Source: Octopus vulgaris (taxonomy: Eukaryota). Taken from it: DNA of 64,000 nucleotides. The stretch spans positions 72,540,001 to 72,604,000 of the forward strand of contig OX597820.1 of assembly GCA_951406725.2 (NCBI GenBank). The letters run 5' to 3'. Shown here in pieces: positions 50,170 through 63,030 of the stretch (position 1 is its first letter; each line of letters starts with the position of its first letter). The notes under the pieces are model-generated. The model was not told where the DNA came from. It saw nothing but the letters and a program-made list of their open reading frames with translations, and made no database searches. Both the position numbers and the translations under genes were made by a program.

Positions 50170-51746
50170 TTTCATTTAGGAAGATTGTCAGAAAATGGTT
50201 TAAAATTCAAGGCCTTCACTAAAAATTGAGAGAATTTGAAGAACCAAGCATTATAATCATGGCATATAATCTAATAATAAACACTTTCCTGATTGCTTTA
50301 TTCCAAAAACCTTTTAAAAAAGATTTTACCAGCATTATGTTATTTCCTTTGTCTCTCCTTTGTATGATATATTAGTTGATAATTTAACTTCAGATCTTTG
50401 CTTATATTCTTGAACTTTTGGAGAAAGTTTCAGTGAAAATATAAAATCCATTAATAATATAGAATAATGTTTAAGATTTACCTATTTCCACAACACATTT
50501 CATACAATTCATAATTAAGTAAAATTTTGTTTTGAACATATGTAAAAATGGACTATTTTTATATTTCCTATATGTGTCTTATTTCATCTGTTTAAAGTTT
50601 TACTTTGATCTTCTCTAAACAACCTTACAAATCTTTTTGATGAAGTGTATTCTTCAGGTATAGAGGGGGAATATGCAGAAGAGTACAAGAAGTAGAAACT
50701 TTCATCTGCCTCTTTCAAAATAGTTGATTTATTTCAACATAAAATGGTGCAGTTAGTGCAATAAATCACGTGTGAAATAACCTTATTGTAATTGTGAACC
50801 CTAATGCTAAAATTGATTAGAAAAGAGTTTGAGATTTTATTATGTCAAATTCTCTCCAAACTTTGTCTAGTTACAAGAAGCAGGGAATCTCTGAGAGAAA
50901 TTGAGTAGAAATCAATAGTTGCTTAATCTATCCATTTATAAGAGTCAGAAAAAGAATCACCCAAATATAATTACTCCGGTGAAACAAAGTTTGAATTACA
51001 TTCACTGTTGCAGTAATCAAATGTGTTTGGAAATTAAGGTCAGCATCATGCATGAAACCATTAGGCTACAGATTAAATCCACTTGATTAAATTAAGTATT
51101 ATGCTGGGGAAATTTAAACACAAACACCACAAAATAAAATCAAAACTTGTTTTCCTGCTTTGAATAAACAGAAATGTGTATGACTATAGTTAACTCTATG
51201 GACATTAACGCTCTGTTGTGTTGTTGCTGTTGCTGTTACTGGGGGTTGTGGTGATGGTGACGATAGTGGTGGTGATGTTGGTGCAGGTCTCTTTCACATG
51301 TCATACAGTTGCAGCAGCCATGTCAGCTTCTCTCAGACTAGTTACGATGATACACTGTTGTGTAATTATTCGAGGACTTGCACAACACATTAATGACAGC
51401 AGATGGCACTTAACTGCCCATTTCACCCCAAGAAGTCACAAGGTGAGGACATAGAGTACTCAATGGGATTTTAGTTGTGTGATTTATCATGCTAGAAGTT
51501 TCTAGAACTATACATACACACACACACACACAACACACACATTTAGAGCAGAAACTAAAACATGACTTGTTGTGCAATTGATGTAAGTATCTATGTGTAT
51601 TAGTGTGTGTGTGTGTAATTGTGTATGTGTGTGTGTATGATTGTGTGTGTGTGTGTCTGTGTGTGTGTATGTGTGTTTGTGCAACTGTGTGTGTATGATT
51701 GTGTGTCTGTCTGTGTGATTTGTGTGTGTGTGTGTGTGTGTGTGTA

Positions 51747-52170
51747 TAGGTGCAGTTGTGGCTGTGTGGTAAGAAGTTTGCTTCCCAACCACATGATTCT
51801 GGGTTCAACTCTACTGCATGGCACCTTAGACTAGTGTCTTCTACTTTAGCCTCAGTCTAACCAAAGATGTGTGAGGGGATTTAGTAGACAGAAACTGAAA
51901 GAAGCCAATCAAATATATATCTATGTGTGTGTGTCTTTGTGTCTGTGTTTTGTCCCCCACTACTACTTGACAATCGATGTTAGTGTGTTTGCATCTCCAT
52001 AACTTAGCAGTTCAGCGAAAGAAACTGATAGAATAAGTGCCAGATGCCAGACTTCAAAAAAATATTGCAGTCGAGTTGTTCAACTAAGATTCTTCAAGGT
52101 GACGCCCCAGCATGGCCACAGTCTAATGACTGAACCAAGTAACAAATAAAAACAAGATAAAAGATAAAGA
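51747..52170 (+). mobile_element. SINE family B preceded by (TG)n
   Basis: Family B motifs. Confidence 0.85.
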
Positions 52171-52584
52171 TTTGTATATCCAAACACAGACATGGTTGTG
52201 TGGTTGAGGTGCTGTTTGCTTACAAAAGACTCAGTGTCAGGTTCAGTTCCAATGCATGGCACATTGGGCTGGCCTCTTCTCCAACAGCCTCATAACCTCA
52301 AGCCAACCCAAACTGCATGAATGGATTTCAGTGGACAGTAAATGAAAGAAGCCCATCTGATTGTAAGACGACATATGATACTGGCAGGAGATGAGTCACC
52401 TTGAGGTCCATCAAGCTGATGCAGGAATGGAAAATAGCAGACATCACAAAATGATGCTGAGAATATTCTTGCATGATGGAAAACTTGCTGTAAGAAACGA
52501 TGTCATATATTTGTTGAGCACTTTGGGGAAAAATACCATGCTAAGACTAATTATGATGAGAATTGCTCTGAGGAAAATGTGCAT

Positions 52585-52800
52585 CTTTTCTACTATAGGC
52601 ATAAAGCCTGAAATTTGTTGGGGAGGAAACTAGTCAATTACATCGACCCCAGTGTTTCACTGGTACTTATTTTACTGACCCCCAAAAAGATGAAAGGCAA
52701 AATTGACCTTGGCAGAATTTGAACTCAGAACATAGCAATAGGCAAAATACTGCTAAGCATTTCGTCCAGCATGCTAATGATTCTATCAGTTCGCTGCCAT
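52585..52800 (-). mobile_element. SINE family A
   Basis: Family A motifs. Confidence 0.8.
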
Positions 52801-52994
52801 GGAAAATGTACATCTTATCATCAATGACATGTCCCACTAAGAAGTTAATTTCACATTCAGCACTATGAAATAGCTTTTCCTTGAAAGACATGTTCATCCA
52901 GTTGCATACAAACATTTACTTGTTTTTCAATACATTTGTTCATTCTAAGCATTTTTATAACTAAATCCACATGCATTTACTACTGGTCATAGTG

Positions 52995-53335
52995 GAAGTG
53001 CAATGGCCCAGTGGTAAGGGCAGCGGACTTGCAGTTTCAATTCCCAGACAGGGCATTGTGAGTGTTTATTGAGCGAAAACACCTAAAGCTCCATAAGGCT
53101 CTGGCAGGATGGGGGGAGGGGAACCCTGCTGTACTCTTTCACCACAACTTTCTCTCACTCTTTCTTCTTGTTTCTGTTGTACTTGTATTTCAAAGGGCCA
53201 GCCTTGTCACACACTGTGTTATGCTGAATCTCCCGAGAACTACGTTAAGGGTACCTGTATCTGTGGAGTTCTCAGCCACTTGCATGTTAATTTCAAGAGT
53301 AGGCTGGAACCCTCGTTGTCATAACTGACAGAGTG
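52995..53335 (+). mobile_element. SINE with tRNA-like head (TGGCCCAGTGGTAAGG) and the tail seen at 6.6 and 9.3 kb
   Basis: AAAGGGCCAGCCTTGTCACAC..GCTGAATCTCCC. Confidence 0.7.
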
Positions 53336-53564
53336 CCACTGGTCATAGAGACATTCTTTCTTTAACACTGGCTGACAAGTGATGCAGTTCTTGAGACAAT
53401 GTTCTGTCACTGAAGATTTGCTATGAGTTAAGATCATGCATATTTCTTTTATACAATGTTTCAGAAGCTGGCTTTTTTGTGTATATTCTTTCACTGAAAT
53501 GACTTGAGCCAGAAGTTATTGATAATATTCTTCCTTAACAATATCTTGGACTCTCACCATAAGG

Positions 53565-53942
53565 TTGTGTGCTGTCTGTCTCCTACGATTTAGATTAGTA
53601 ACTACTCCCACATTTTGCGGTGCAGTTTAACCAAAACCGGATATCTTATAGTCGTGATTAATACTGAGCCCTTCTAGGTATTAGCGCACGTCTACAATGA
53701 GTCTACGATTTAAAAAAAAATTTACCATCAATTTTTCCCATTTTAATGCATTTTTGGCATATGTAAGGGAAGTAACTCTCTAAAAATTTATTATTAAATC
53801 TCAGAACGTAAAAAGCTACAATAACACCCCCCCCCACTTTGTGGTTAGCCATATTAAGATGGCTATTATACTTTACATCTCTAAAAATGCTTATATAGTT
53901 ATTTCCCTTACAAACCCGAGCAACGCTGGGCGATACTGCTAG
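53565..53942 (+). mobile_element. Non-autonomous Helitron (3' end)
   Basis: Subterminal hairpin CCCGAGCAACGCTGGG (53915-30) followed by CTAG (53939-42). Confidence 0.7.
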
Positions 53943-53949
53943 CGTATAT

Positions 53950-54065
53950 ATATAACAGCTTGCAGATGTTGGATGCCAAGTTGAAGACCTGAAAACACTA
54001 ATGGATGATTGGGAGGGATGTAGAGAGGTAGTCAGGCTAGCCCAGGCAATCAGCCAGACTGATGC
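53950..54065 (+). mobile_element. RTE LINE extreme 3' end
   Basis: Translation DVGCQVEDLKTLMDDWEGCREVV resembles the RTE C-terminal D..EDL..AM.DR..W motif. Confidence 0.5.
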
Positions 54066-54749
54066 CTCAATATAAAAAAATAAACAATATCTAAGTCGTT
54101 CAATGATGTCTTTTTTATTATTTGTGACCAAACAAATTGGTGTTGTTGCTTGCTCTCCGGTCAGTCCTAATTAAAGGTTATTAAAACCATAAATATCTGG
54201 TCACATTTTACAGTGATAGCAAGCCATCGGCATGATCTATTCCACCTTTCTTTAAAGGGTTAGGGTGTAGTTTGTAAGAGATTTGGTTACCATTTTTGGT
54301 AAGATTAGTGGTTAAATAGAGGCTCCCTTTGTTGTTTGTATATGCATGTGGCACATCATACATTTACATTAAGGCCATTTTTACATAAGGTGTACACACT
54401 GCCTGACCATTTGAGGGTGGAGAAATGTACATTGAAATTAATATTCTTGAGATAAATGTTTGTAACATCACTATTACTACTGAGAATTCTTTGAAACTTG
54501 AAACTTTGAACATGGTGCTTTGAGTTCAAATTTAAAACTTTGGATGCAGTGCTCTAGGTCAGAGGTTTAAAATGTCATCTATTCATTTCTCTGTTTCTTT
54601 TGATTTGGCACAATGCCTACAGGGCAGGGCAGATATTAATACATTTTCTTTGGCCAAATTTGTCAAATCATCAAATTAGAAGTCATTCAGCATGAAAATC
54701 CAAATAATGACATCAAATTTTAAACCTTTAATAGATATTTATGATAGAT

Positions 54750-55198
54750 ATTCTTTTCTACTCTAGGCACAAGGCCCAAAATTTTGGAGGAGGGGGCTAG
54801 TTGATTAGATCGACCCCAGTATGCAACTAGTACTTAATTTATTGACCCCGAAAGGATGAAAGGCAAAGTCGACCTTGGCAGAATTTAAACTCAGAATGTA
54901 AAGACATATGAAATACCACTAAGCATTTCACCCAGCGTGCTGACGTTTCTGTCAGCTCACCGCCTTCCTAGTATTAATATATTCTTTTCTACTCTAGGCA
55001 CAAGGCCCGAAATTTTTGGGGAGGGGGATAGTTGATTAGATCAACCCCAGTACACAATTGGTACTTAATTTATTAACCCCAAAAGAATAAAAGGCAAAGT
55101 CGACCTCAACAGAATTTGAACTCAGAATGTAAAGACAGATAAAATACCGCTTAGCATTTCGCCCAGCATGCTAACGATTCTATCAGCTTGCCGCCTTT
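54750..55198 (-). mobile_element. Two tandem SINE family A copies
   Basis: 54750-54967 and 54981-55198. Confidence 0.9.
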
Positions 55199-55966
55199 CT
55201 GATGAATATTAACAGTCTCATGGTTAACATTTTTTTACTTTTTAAGGTCTTATAGTTTGGACAATCACAATGGAAAAAAATGATTGGTTGGGTCTGCTAC
55301 CTAGATTAACATGCATCCTTGGTCCTAGGATATCCATAACTGGAATATTGGCAGAGCCTCCAACATCTAGGAATTGAATCCAAATCACAGTGTTGGAATA
55401 TGAATGCTACTCAAGTGCTACTCAATGAGTGCTACTCTTCATCATTTGATTGAGTCATTTGAAGAAAAGGCAATGACTTATTTCAGTCAGCTGCACAAAT
55501 ATCTTTTATCTTTTACTTGTTTCAGTTATAGGACAGTGGCCATACTGGAGCACTGCATGAAGAGTTGGGTAGAAAAAAATTAACCCCAGTAATTATTCTA
55601 TCAGTTTCTTTTGCTGAGCTATTACTTTACGGGCATGTAAACAAACCAAGTCTGGCTGTTGAGCAGCAGGAGAACAAACACAAAGACACAAATACATTTG
55701 GCTGCATTCTACACAGTTTTTATCTACCAAATCCACTCATAAGGCATTGGTTGGCTTCAGGCGGAAAGAGAAGACACTTGCTCCAGGTGTAACATGATGG
55801 AAATGCAAGTGGAACCATGTGGTTGGGAAGCAAACTTCATACCACACAGTCATGCTTGTAGCCTTAGGCTTCCTTACAGTTTCCATCTACCAAATTCTCC
55901 CAAAAGACATTGGTTGGCCTGGGAATCTAGTAGAAGACATTTTCCCAAGATGCCATGCAGTAGAAC

Positions 55967-56164
55967 CACTAGTGCAGCTAGTGGGGCAGTAGGGGGCGAT
56001 CCGCCCCAGGCAACACTTTTAAAGGGGCAGCACTTTTCATCCTGTTGTAGGTTATTGTTGTAGGCAATATGTGTTGTAGGTTATTATTGTAGGCAATATG
56101 TGGGGTCCAAGGGTGGCAGATGGAAGAGCCACCCCGGGCAGCACACACTGTAGCTACGCTAGTG
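55967..56164. mobile_element. hAT MITE inserted in a SINE B
   Basis: TIR CACTAGTGCAGCTA / TAGCTACGCTAGTG; 8-bp TSD AGTAGAAC/AGTGGAAC; short internal tandem duplication. Confidence 0.75.
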
Positions 56165-56244
56165 AGTGGAACAGAACACAAAACCATGGGGTTACAAAGC
56201 AAGCTTCTTAACCCCTCAGCCATACCTGCAACTATATTTATATT

Positions 56245-56628
56245 CTTTTACTCTTTTACTTGTTTCAGTCATGTGACAGTGGCCATACTGCAGCACCATC
56301 TTTAGTTGAATAAATCGACCCCAGGACTTATTCTTTGTAAGCCTAGTACTTATTCTATCGGTCTCGTTTGCGAACTGCTAAGTTACGGGGGACGTAAACA
56401 CACCAACATCAGTTGTTTGTGGGGAGACAAACACTGACATGCAAACAGACACACACACATATACGATGGGCTTCTTTCAGTTTCCGTCTACCAGATCCAC
56501 TCATAAGGCTTTGGTTGGCCTGAGGCTATAGTAGAAGATGTTTGCCTAAGATGCCAAGCAGTGGGACTGAACCCAGAACCATGTGGTTGGTAAGCAAGCT
56601 TCTTACCACACAGCCACTCCTGCACCTA
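56245..56628 (-). mobile_element. SINE family B
   Basis: Family B motifs; further decayed copies at 55500-55965 and 57478-57670. Confidence 0.85.
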
Positions 56629-58002
56629 TGTTTACTTTTGTTGAGCGTTTTTTTTTTTTATTTAACTTTTGCAACTTTGGCAGATAGACTGATCTGGGTC
56701 TCTGTATTTTGAGTTCAAATCCTGCAGAGGTCAAATTTGTCTTTCCTCCATCCAGGATAATTCAATAAAGAACCATTTTAAAGTGGTGAGCTGATAGAAT
56801 TGTTAAAATGTTTGATAAGATACTGTGCTGTATCTATTCTGGATTTAGCATTCATTAAGGGGTTCAATTCCAGCTGATGACTAAAGCCAGTGTTACCTGA
56901 TCATGGGACCACAATTGATTATTAAAGCTACAATGGGTGGAGAATGACTATGGCAGTCTGCTACAGTAGTTGAATGATAAATTTCCTAGCAGGCCTTTAT
57001 CACATTCTCACAAACCAATGAAGAAACCCTTAAGCTTTATAAATCATCTGACCTGCTAGAAATAAGAGTCAAATCTCTTGCAACTCACAATTACCTTTAA
57101 AAAGGAAGGACACATATTCAATTTACAACTACAATGTTTTATGTCCAAAACTAAATTATTAAAATGAATTACCATGGCTTTTATACCTTTAATTATAGAT
57201 CTACTCACAACATCTGAGGACACAAAGCTGTCTTGCGTTCTCAGATGTTGTTTGAAGTTACCCTTCATCTTGTCGGTAGGAGAAGAGTAGCACAGTTTCT
57301 TCATGAATGCATTAAAGATTAATGCTGATACAGATGCTGATTCATTCATTAAATGCCTAAATGTTTGAAATGAGTTGTGGCTTATCAGATTATTATAAGC
57401 TACAGTATAGATATATATACAAATAAATTACAGTATATATATTAAGAGTAAATATTATACATTAGAGTATATAAGTTATAGGAGCAGGTATGGGTAAGTA
57501 CAGGGGGTGGTTCTGTAGTTATAACTTTGGTTCCTATCAGCATGGTTTCGGGTTCAGTCCCTCTGTGTTGTGTCTTTGGTAAGCGTCTTCTACCAAAGCC
57601 CAGGGCTGACCAAAGTGTCATGAGCGGATTTGGTTGGCAAAAAGTGAAGCAAGCCAATCATGTGTGTATGTGTTTGTGCCTTTTATGTGCCACCGGCACA
57701 GAAGCCAGTTAGCCACTCTGGCAATGATCACGCTCGGATGGTGCTCTTAGCACCTTACTAGCATGGGGCTCAAGTACCAGTAAGGCGACGCTGGTAACAA
57801 TCACACTCGAATGGTGCCTTCTAAGTTCAAATTCCGCTGAGGTTAACTTTAACTTTCATCCTTTCAGGGTTGATAAATTAAGTACCAGTTGTATACTGGT
57901 GTTGATCTAATCAAATGGCTCCCTTTCCATAAATTTTGGGCCTTGTGCCCAGAGTAAAAAGAATTCCTTCAGTTATTAACCAGCATCTCCATCACTTTCT
58001 TA

Positions 58003-58255
58003 GGTTGGTCTTTTCCTTCCTCAACTGCTGGATATTGAGCTTAATTTGATAACCAGCTGATCTAGCAAGCGGGGCCTCATATCAGTGAAGGGGGGGGGCG
58101 GTGCGCATTGATGCCGTCGAGAGGTAGGCCCCGAAACGGCATGCATTCTCTCCTGATGACTCCATACACTTGCTGGCTTCCGGTATACGAAGCTTTTGAC
58201 TGGTAGCACTTGCATGTGCAAGTTGTTTGCAAGACACCAACATCCAAAACCACAG
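58003..58255 (+). other. Candidate exon: 5' UTR with a 31-aa uORF (58111-58206) and possible start ATG at 58214 (MCKLFARHQHPKPQ)
   Basis: Acceptor CATCACTTTCTAG|G and donor CCACAG|GTGAGG; unique, GC- and CpG-enriched sequence. Confidence 0.35.
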
Positions 58256-58969
58256 GTGAGGACAGGTACAAAAAAAAAAAAGAAAAAGAAACTGACAATC
58301 ACCAAGACATTTTCCTTCTATATTTTTTTGATTCATAAAGTTTAGCTGAGCTTGGGGATATGCTAAATGGCATTTACCTAGAATGCCATGCAGTGGGACC
58401 AAAACCAGGGCCTCGTGATTCATTTCCATACAACTATACCTGTATATTTTAAAACAAAACATTACATTTTAAACTTAATCCTGTGTGCTAGCTTATGTTG
58501 GCTGATGTAAATTCTGACATGTGTATTAATGTAAATTTAACCTGCTGCAGGTAAATTAGCTGACTGATATCATTCTACATGTGCTTATCACTTTACTATC
58601 ATTTTATGTCTATTTCTATCTCTCTCTCTATGCTCCTATACACACACACTCTCTCTCTTCCTTTCTCTGTTTGTCTCTCTTAATCTGTCTCTCCTCTCTT
58701 TCTGTCTGTTTACATGTCTCGTCTCACTTCCATGCCTTACCTGCTGGGTGTGGTTCCTACATAGCGATGTGTTATGCTAACACACAGACGCACACACACA
58801 CACACACACATACCTCCCAACCACACACATACATACGCAGATATACGTGCGCACTGGCATAAAACTACATGTTTATATGTTACAATGTTGACTGATACTA
58901 AGCAATAAAGCTTTATCTAATCTACAGTCGTGGTGATATTGTTAATGGCAGCAGTGATGATAACAACAC

Positions 58970-60310
58970 TTGGTGATGATGGTGACGGTGGTAATTGTGG
59001 TGGTGGTGATGACGGTGGTAATTGTGGTGGTGGTGATGACGGTGCTGATTGTGGTGGTGATGGTGAAGATGATGGTGGTGGTGATTTTAGTGGTGGCGGC
59101 TGTGGTGGTAGTGGTGATTTTGGTGGTGGCGGCAGCGGTGGTGGTGGTGATTGTGGTGGTGATGATGATGGTGGTGGGGATTTTGGTGGTGGCGGTGGTG
59201 ATGGTGATTGTAGTGATGATGATGGTGATGGTGATGGTGGTGGTGATTTTGGTAGTGGTGGTGATAATTTCAATGATTATGGTGAAGTTGATATTTTTAG
59301 TTCCATGTCAGCCTTGAACGAGCAGATCTCGACCACCTCACAACCGGTGCTGGTTTGTTTATGTCCCTGTAATTTAGGGATTAGGCAAAAGGACTGTCAG
59401 AAAAATTACCAGACTTTAAAAAAACATTAAAAAACCAAGGTTGATTTGTTCAACTAAAAACCCTTTGAAGCAGTGCCCCAGCATGGCCACACTGCAATGA
59501 CTGAAACATGTAAAATATGAAATAAGAGATAAATACCACTGAACTCTATTCTTGAGTTTCCATTGTTATCTTTGAATTCAGGGTTCAATCCCTGTCTATT
59601 CCCTTCTTACACATATTGAGTAAAGCTGTTTCCCCGGAGGGCTCTGGTAGGTTCCTCTTTTGTTTTTTTTTCATTATCAAATAATATTCCACCCATGACC
59701 ACCACGTCATTTAGTATATTTAAGAACTTCAGTTGAATGAGACCCCTATTCTTTAAATGGAAAAAACAAAAAAAAAAAACACAAAATGTGATTTGAAGCG
59801 AGTTTGGCTGCTATTTCTAGCTTTGTGAGCTGTCACGTAGAGGTTCCATCTGGAGTTTGTGATATTTGTGGATTTGGTAATATAATGATAGCAGTGAAAA
59901 TGGTGGCGGTGGTAGTGGTGGAGCTGAAGGTGATGATGGCAGCGATAGGTGGGGTGCAGCTGAAGGCAGTGGGGTGGAGGTCGCAGTGGTGTTGACAGTG
60001 GTGAAAAGGATGATGATGGTAATGATAGCAGTGGGGGTGGAAGCTGAAGGTGGTGATTCTGGGAGGGTGTGGTGGTGATGGAGGGGAATGGTTAATGGCA
60101 GAGGTGAAGGTGGTGGTAGGGGTGGTGATGATTGTTGGCGATGGTGACAGTAGTGGAGGCGGTGATGGTAGTGGAGGCAGCAATTGCAGTAGAGATAGTG
60201 ATGTGGTGGAGCTGTGAAGGTGCCGATAGTAATGGTGAGCAAGGTGATTGTGATGATGATGACGATGATAATGATGATGATGTTGATGTTATTGATGATG
60301 ATGTTGACAT
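58970..60310. repeat. Degenerate (GGT/GAT)n tracts (58970-59290 and 59885-60310)
   Basis: Direct observation; explains the Gly-rich and Pro-rich ORFs. Confidence 0.9.
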
Positions 60311-60574
60311 TGCTTATCTTTAACTACATTATGCATCCAACAGGTAGCATCCAAAAGGCAGCACAGCATGACATGAGGGAGATTTGGCTGTTATTTCTAG
60401 CACACTGAATGACCACATAGGGACTTAGATGACATTAACTGACTTTGAAATATGGTTTCAAATTTTGGCACAAGGCCAGGAATTTTAGGGAGGCGTGCTA
60501 GTCAATTACACTGACCCCCACAGGGATCAACTAGGACTTATTTTACCGACCCTGAAAAGATGAAATGTGAAAAC

Positions 60575-61025
60575 TCGTGACATAATGGTTAGGGCATTGG
60601 ACTCATGAACACAAAATGATGGTTTCAATACCCAGACTTGGCAATGCATTGTGTTCTTGAGCAAAGCTCTTCATTTCACATTGCTCCAGTCCACTCAGCT
60701 ATAAATGGAGGCTTGTGGCTCAGTGGTTAGGGTGTTGAACTGATGATCATAAGATTGTGGTTTCGACTCCTGGACCAGGTGACACGTTGTGTTCTTGAGC
60801 AAAACACTTCGTTTCACATTGCTTCAGTTCGCTCAGCTATAAATGGAGGCTTGTGGCTCAGTGGTTAGGGTGTTGGACTGATGATCATAAGATTGTGGTT
60901 TCGATTCCTGGACCAGGTGACACATTGTGTTCTTGAGCAAAACACTTCATTTCACATTCCTCCAGTCCACTCAACTGGCAAAAGTGAGTAATTCTGCGAC
61001 AGACCAGTGTCTCCTCCAGGTGGGG
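60575..61025 (+). mobile_element. Three tandem family C tRNA-derived heads (138-bp period)
   Basis: ATAAATGGAGGCTTGTGGCTCAGTGGTTAGGGTGTTG at 60701 and 60839; a more diverged head at ~60575. Confidence 0.85.
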
Positions 61026-61364
61026 AACAAAGAAGAAGTAACACTCTTTTTTACTACTCAGCTATGAATGAGTAACTCTACCATAGAATGGTGTCCCATG
61101 CAGGGAAAAATGTTTTGATTTTGGTCACCTGTAGACCATGGAAACCAAGTAACTGACCTCATGAGTTCTTGGACATAAGACAGTAATGGCCCATGGTTGA
61201 TGAGAGGAGAAAGGGCAAAAGTTGACCTTAGTGTGATTTGAACTCAGGACATAAAGAACTGCAAAAAATGTTGTTTAGCATTTGTCTGATGAGTTGATGA
61301 TTCTGCCAGCTGATTTGCTTTAACGAACTTAAAAGTATAACGAGTGTCAGAAGTCATGGAAAAG

Positions 61365-61730
61365 GTGTTGATTATGATGATAATGATTATGGTGATGTTA
61401 TTAGTATAATGACTATGATAGTGTTTGTGATGATTATGATGATGATGATGATAATGATTATGAAAACATTGATGAAGATGGCGATTGTGATGATGATGAT
61501 GATGAAGATGATGATAATGATGATGATGACAGTGGCGACAAGCGACAATGATTAATGATGATGATAGCAAAGTTGATGATGATGATGATGACAATGATGA
61601 TTATGATGATGATGATGGTGATGGTGGTGGTGGTAATTACAATGAGATGATTGCAGTAGCATTTGTGGGGGGCAACATCAATGAGAATATGATGATGGCG
61701 AGGACAACAACGACAACGATGATGATGGTG
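61365..61730. repeat. (GAT)n degenerate microsatellite
   Basis: Direct observation. Confidence 0.9.
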
Positions 61731-62398
61731 GCGATTTGCTCTCTGTTTGCAGACTGGCATAAAATCAAAATATCTGACTGTCACCACTTTGCATTTAAAT
61801 TGTCTGTTGGGGTTAATTAAGATGAAGATATTGTTAATCTTGATAAAACATCATCGGCTATCCCCCCCACCTCACCCACTCAACACCAACAACACCCCCC
61901 ACCCTCCATGCATCACCGAAGACCCATTCTCTCCTCCTTTCTGCTCAGACATCACATATCAGCCGGCAGCAGCCTATCTATCATCTACTCTTCCCGACCC
62001 TCCACTGACTGACTGACGTGAGAAACATCAACTAGCCAAGGGTGGGAGGAGAAGATATTTGGTAATGACCCACAAAGCGAACATTTCTGGTATGTTTTAG
62101 GCGAAAGGAAACCTTTAAGCATTATACATATGTTTAGAAGAATACTGAACACGCTATAAAAACACACACATACTGTTTAAAGACAGACACATGCACACAA
62201 AGACATGCTCACGTGCTTACGCCAACACACACACAGAGTCATACATTGATAATGTACATAGACGCATCGGTTTGATGTGTGGTGGTTGTTGTTACAAGGT
62301 GTGTCACTACTGCGGAAGCTACTGTTCTGGCATAACTAGAAACATATACACTCTCGATTGTCTCTGTATATTAGATACATATATATATATATTCATGT

Positions 62399-62429
<31 letters not shown>

Positions 62430-62666
62430 CACATATATATATGTATAAGTATATACTTGTGTGTGTATGTGTACACATACATATATACATATTACATATA
62501 TATATAATATGTATTTTATATATATATATATATATATACACATTTATATATGTATGCATGATTTACATGTGTACATGAGCACATATGCATATACCTATAT
62601 CTATCTATTTATACATATCTATATCTATTTATAAGTGTGTGTGTATGTATGTACATATATATGTAT

Positions 62667-62709
<43 letters not shown>

Positions 62710-62719
62710 TACATATATA

Positions 62720-63030
62720 TATGGCATTAGGAAGGGCATCGACCTATAGAAACGTTGCCAGATCAGATTGGAGCCTGGTGCAGCCTTCTGGCTTGCCAGT
62801 CCTCAGTCAAACCGTCCAACCCATGCCAGCATGGAAAGCGGACGTTAAACGACGATGGTGATAATGATGATGATATATATATATATATATATGATACGCT
62901 TCTTTCAGTTTCCATCTACCAAATCCACTCACAAGGCTTCGGTTGGCCTGAGGCTATAGTGGAAGATACTTACCCAAGCTGCCATGCAGTAGGACTGAAC
63001 TCAGAACCATGTGGTTGGGAAGCAAACTTC
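62720..63030. mobile_element. SINE D 3' end (plus, 62720-62875) and SINE B 5' part (minus, 62898-63030)
   Basis: Family motifs. Confidence 0.8.

Noticed and set aside
58125-58195. Hammerhead from CGAAAC..CTGATGA
   Set aside because: No helix III/UH or helix I pairing in any permutation
58917-60323. Gly-rich and extensin-like Pro-rich ORFs
   Set aside because: Degenerate (GGT)n tracts with no splice or start context; the ORF runs into a SINE
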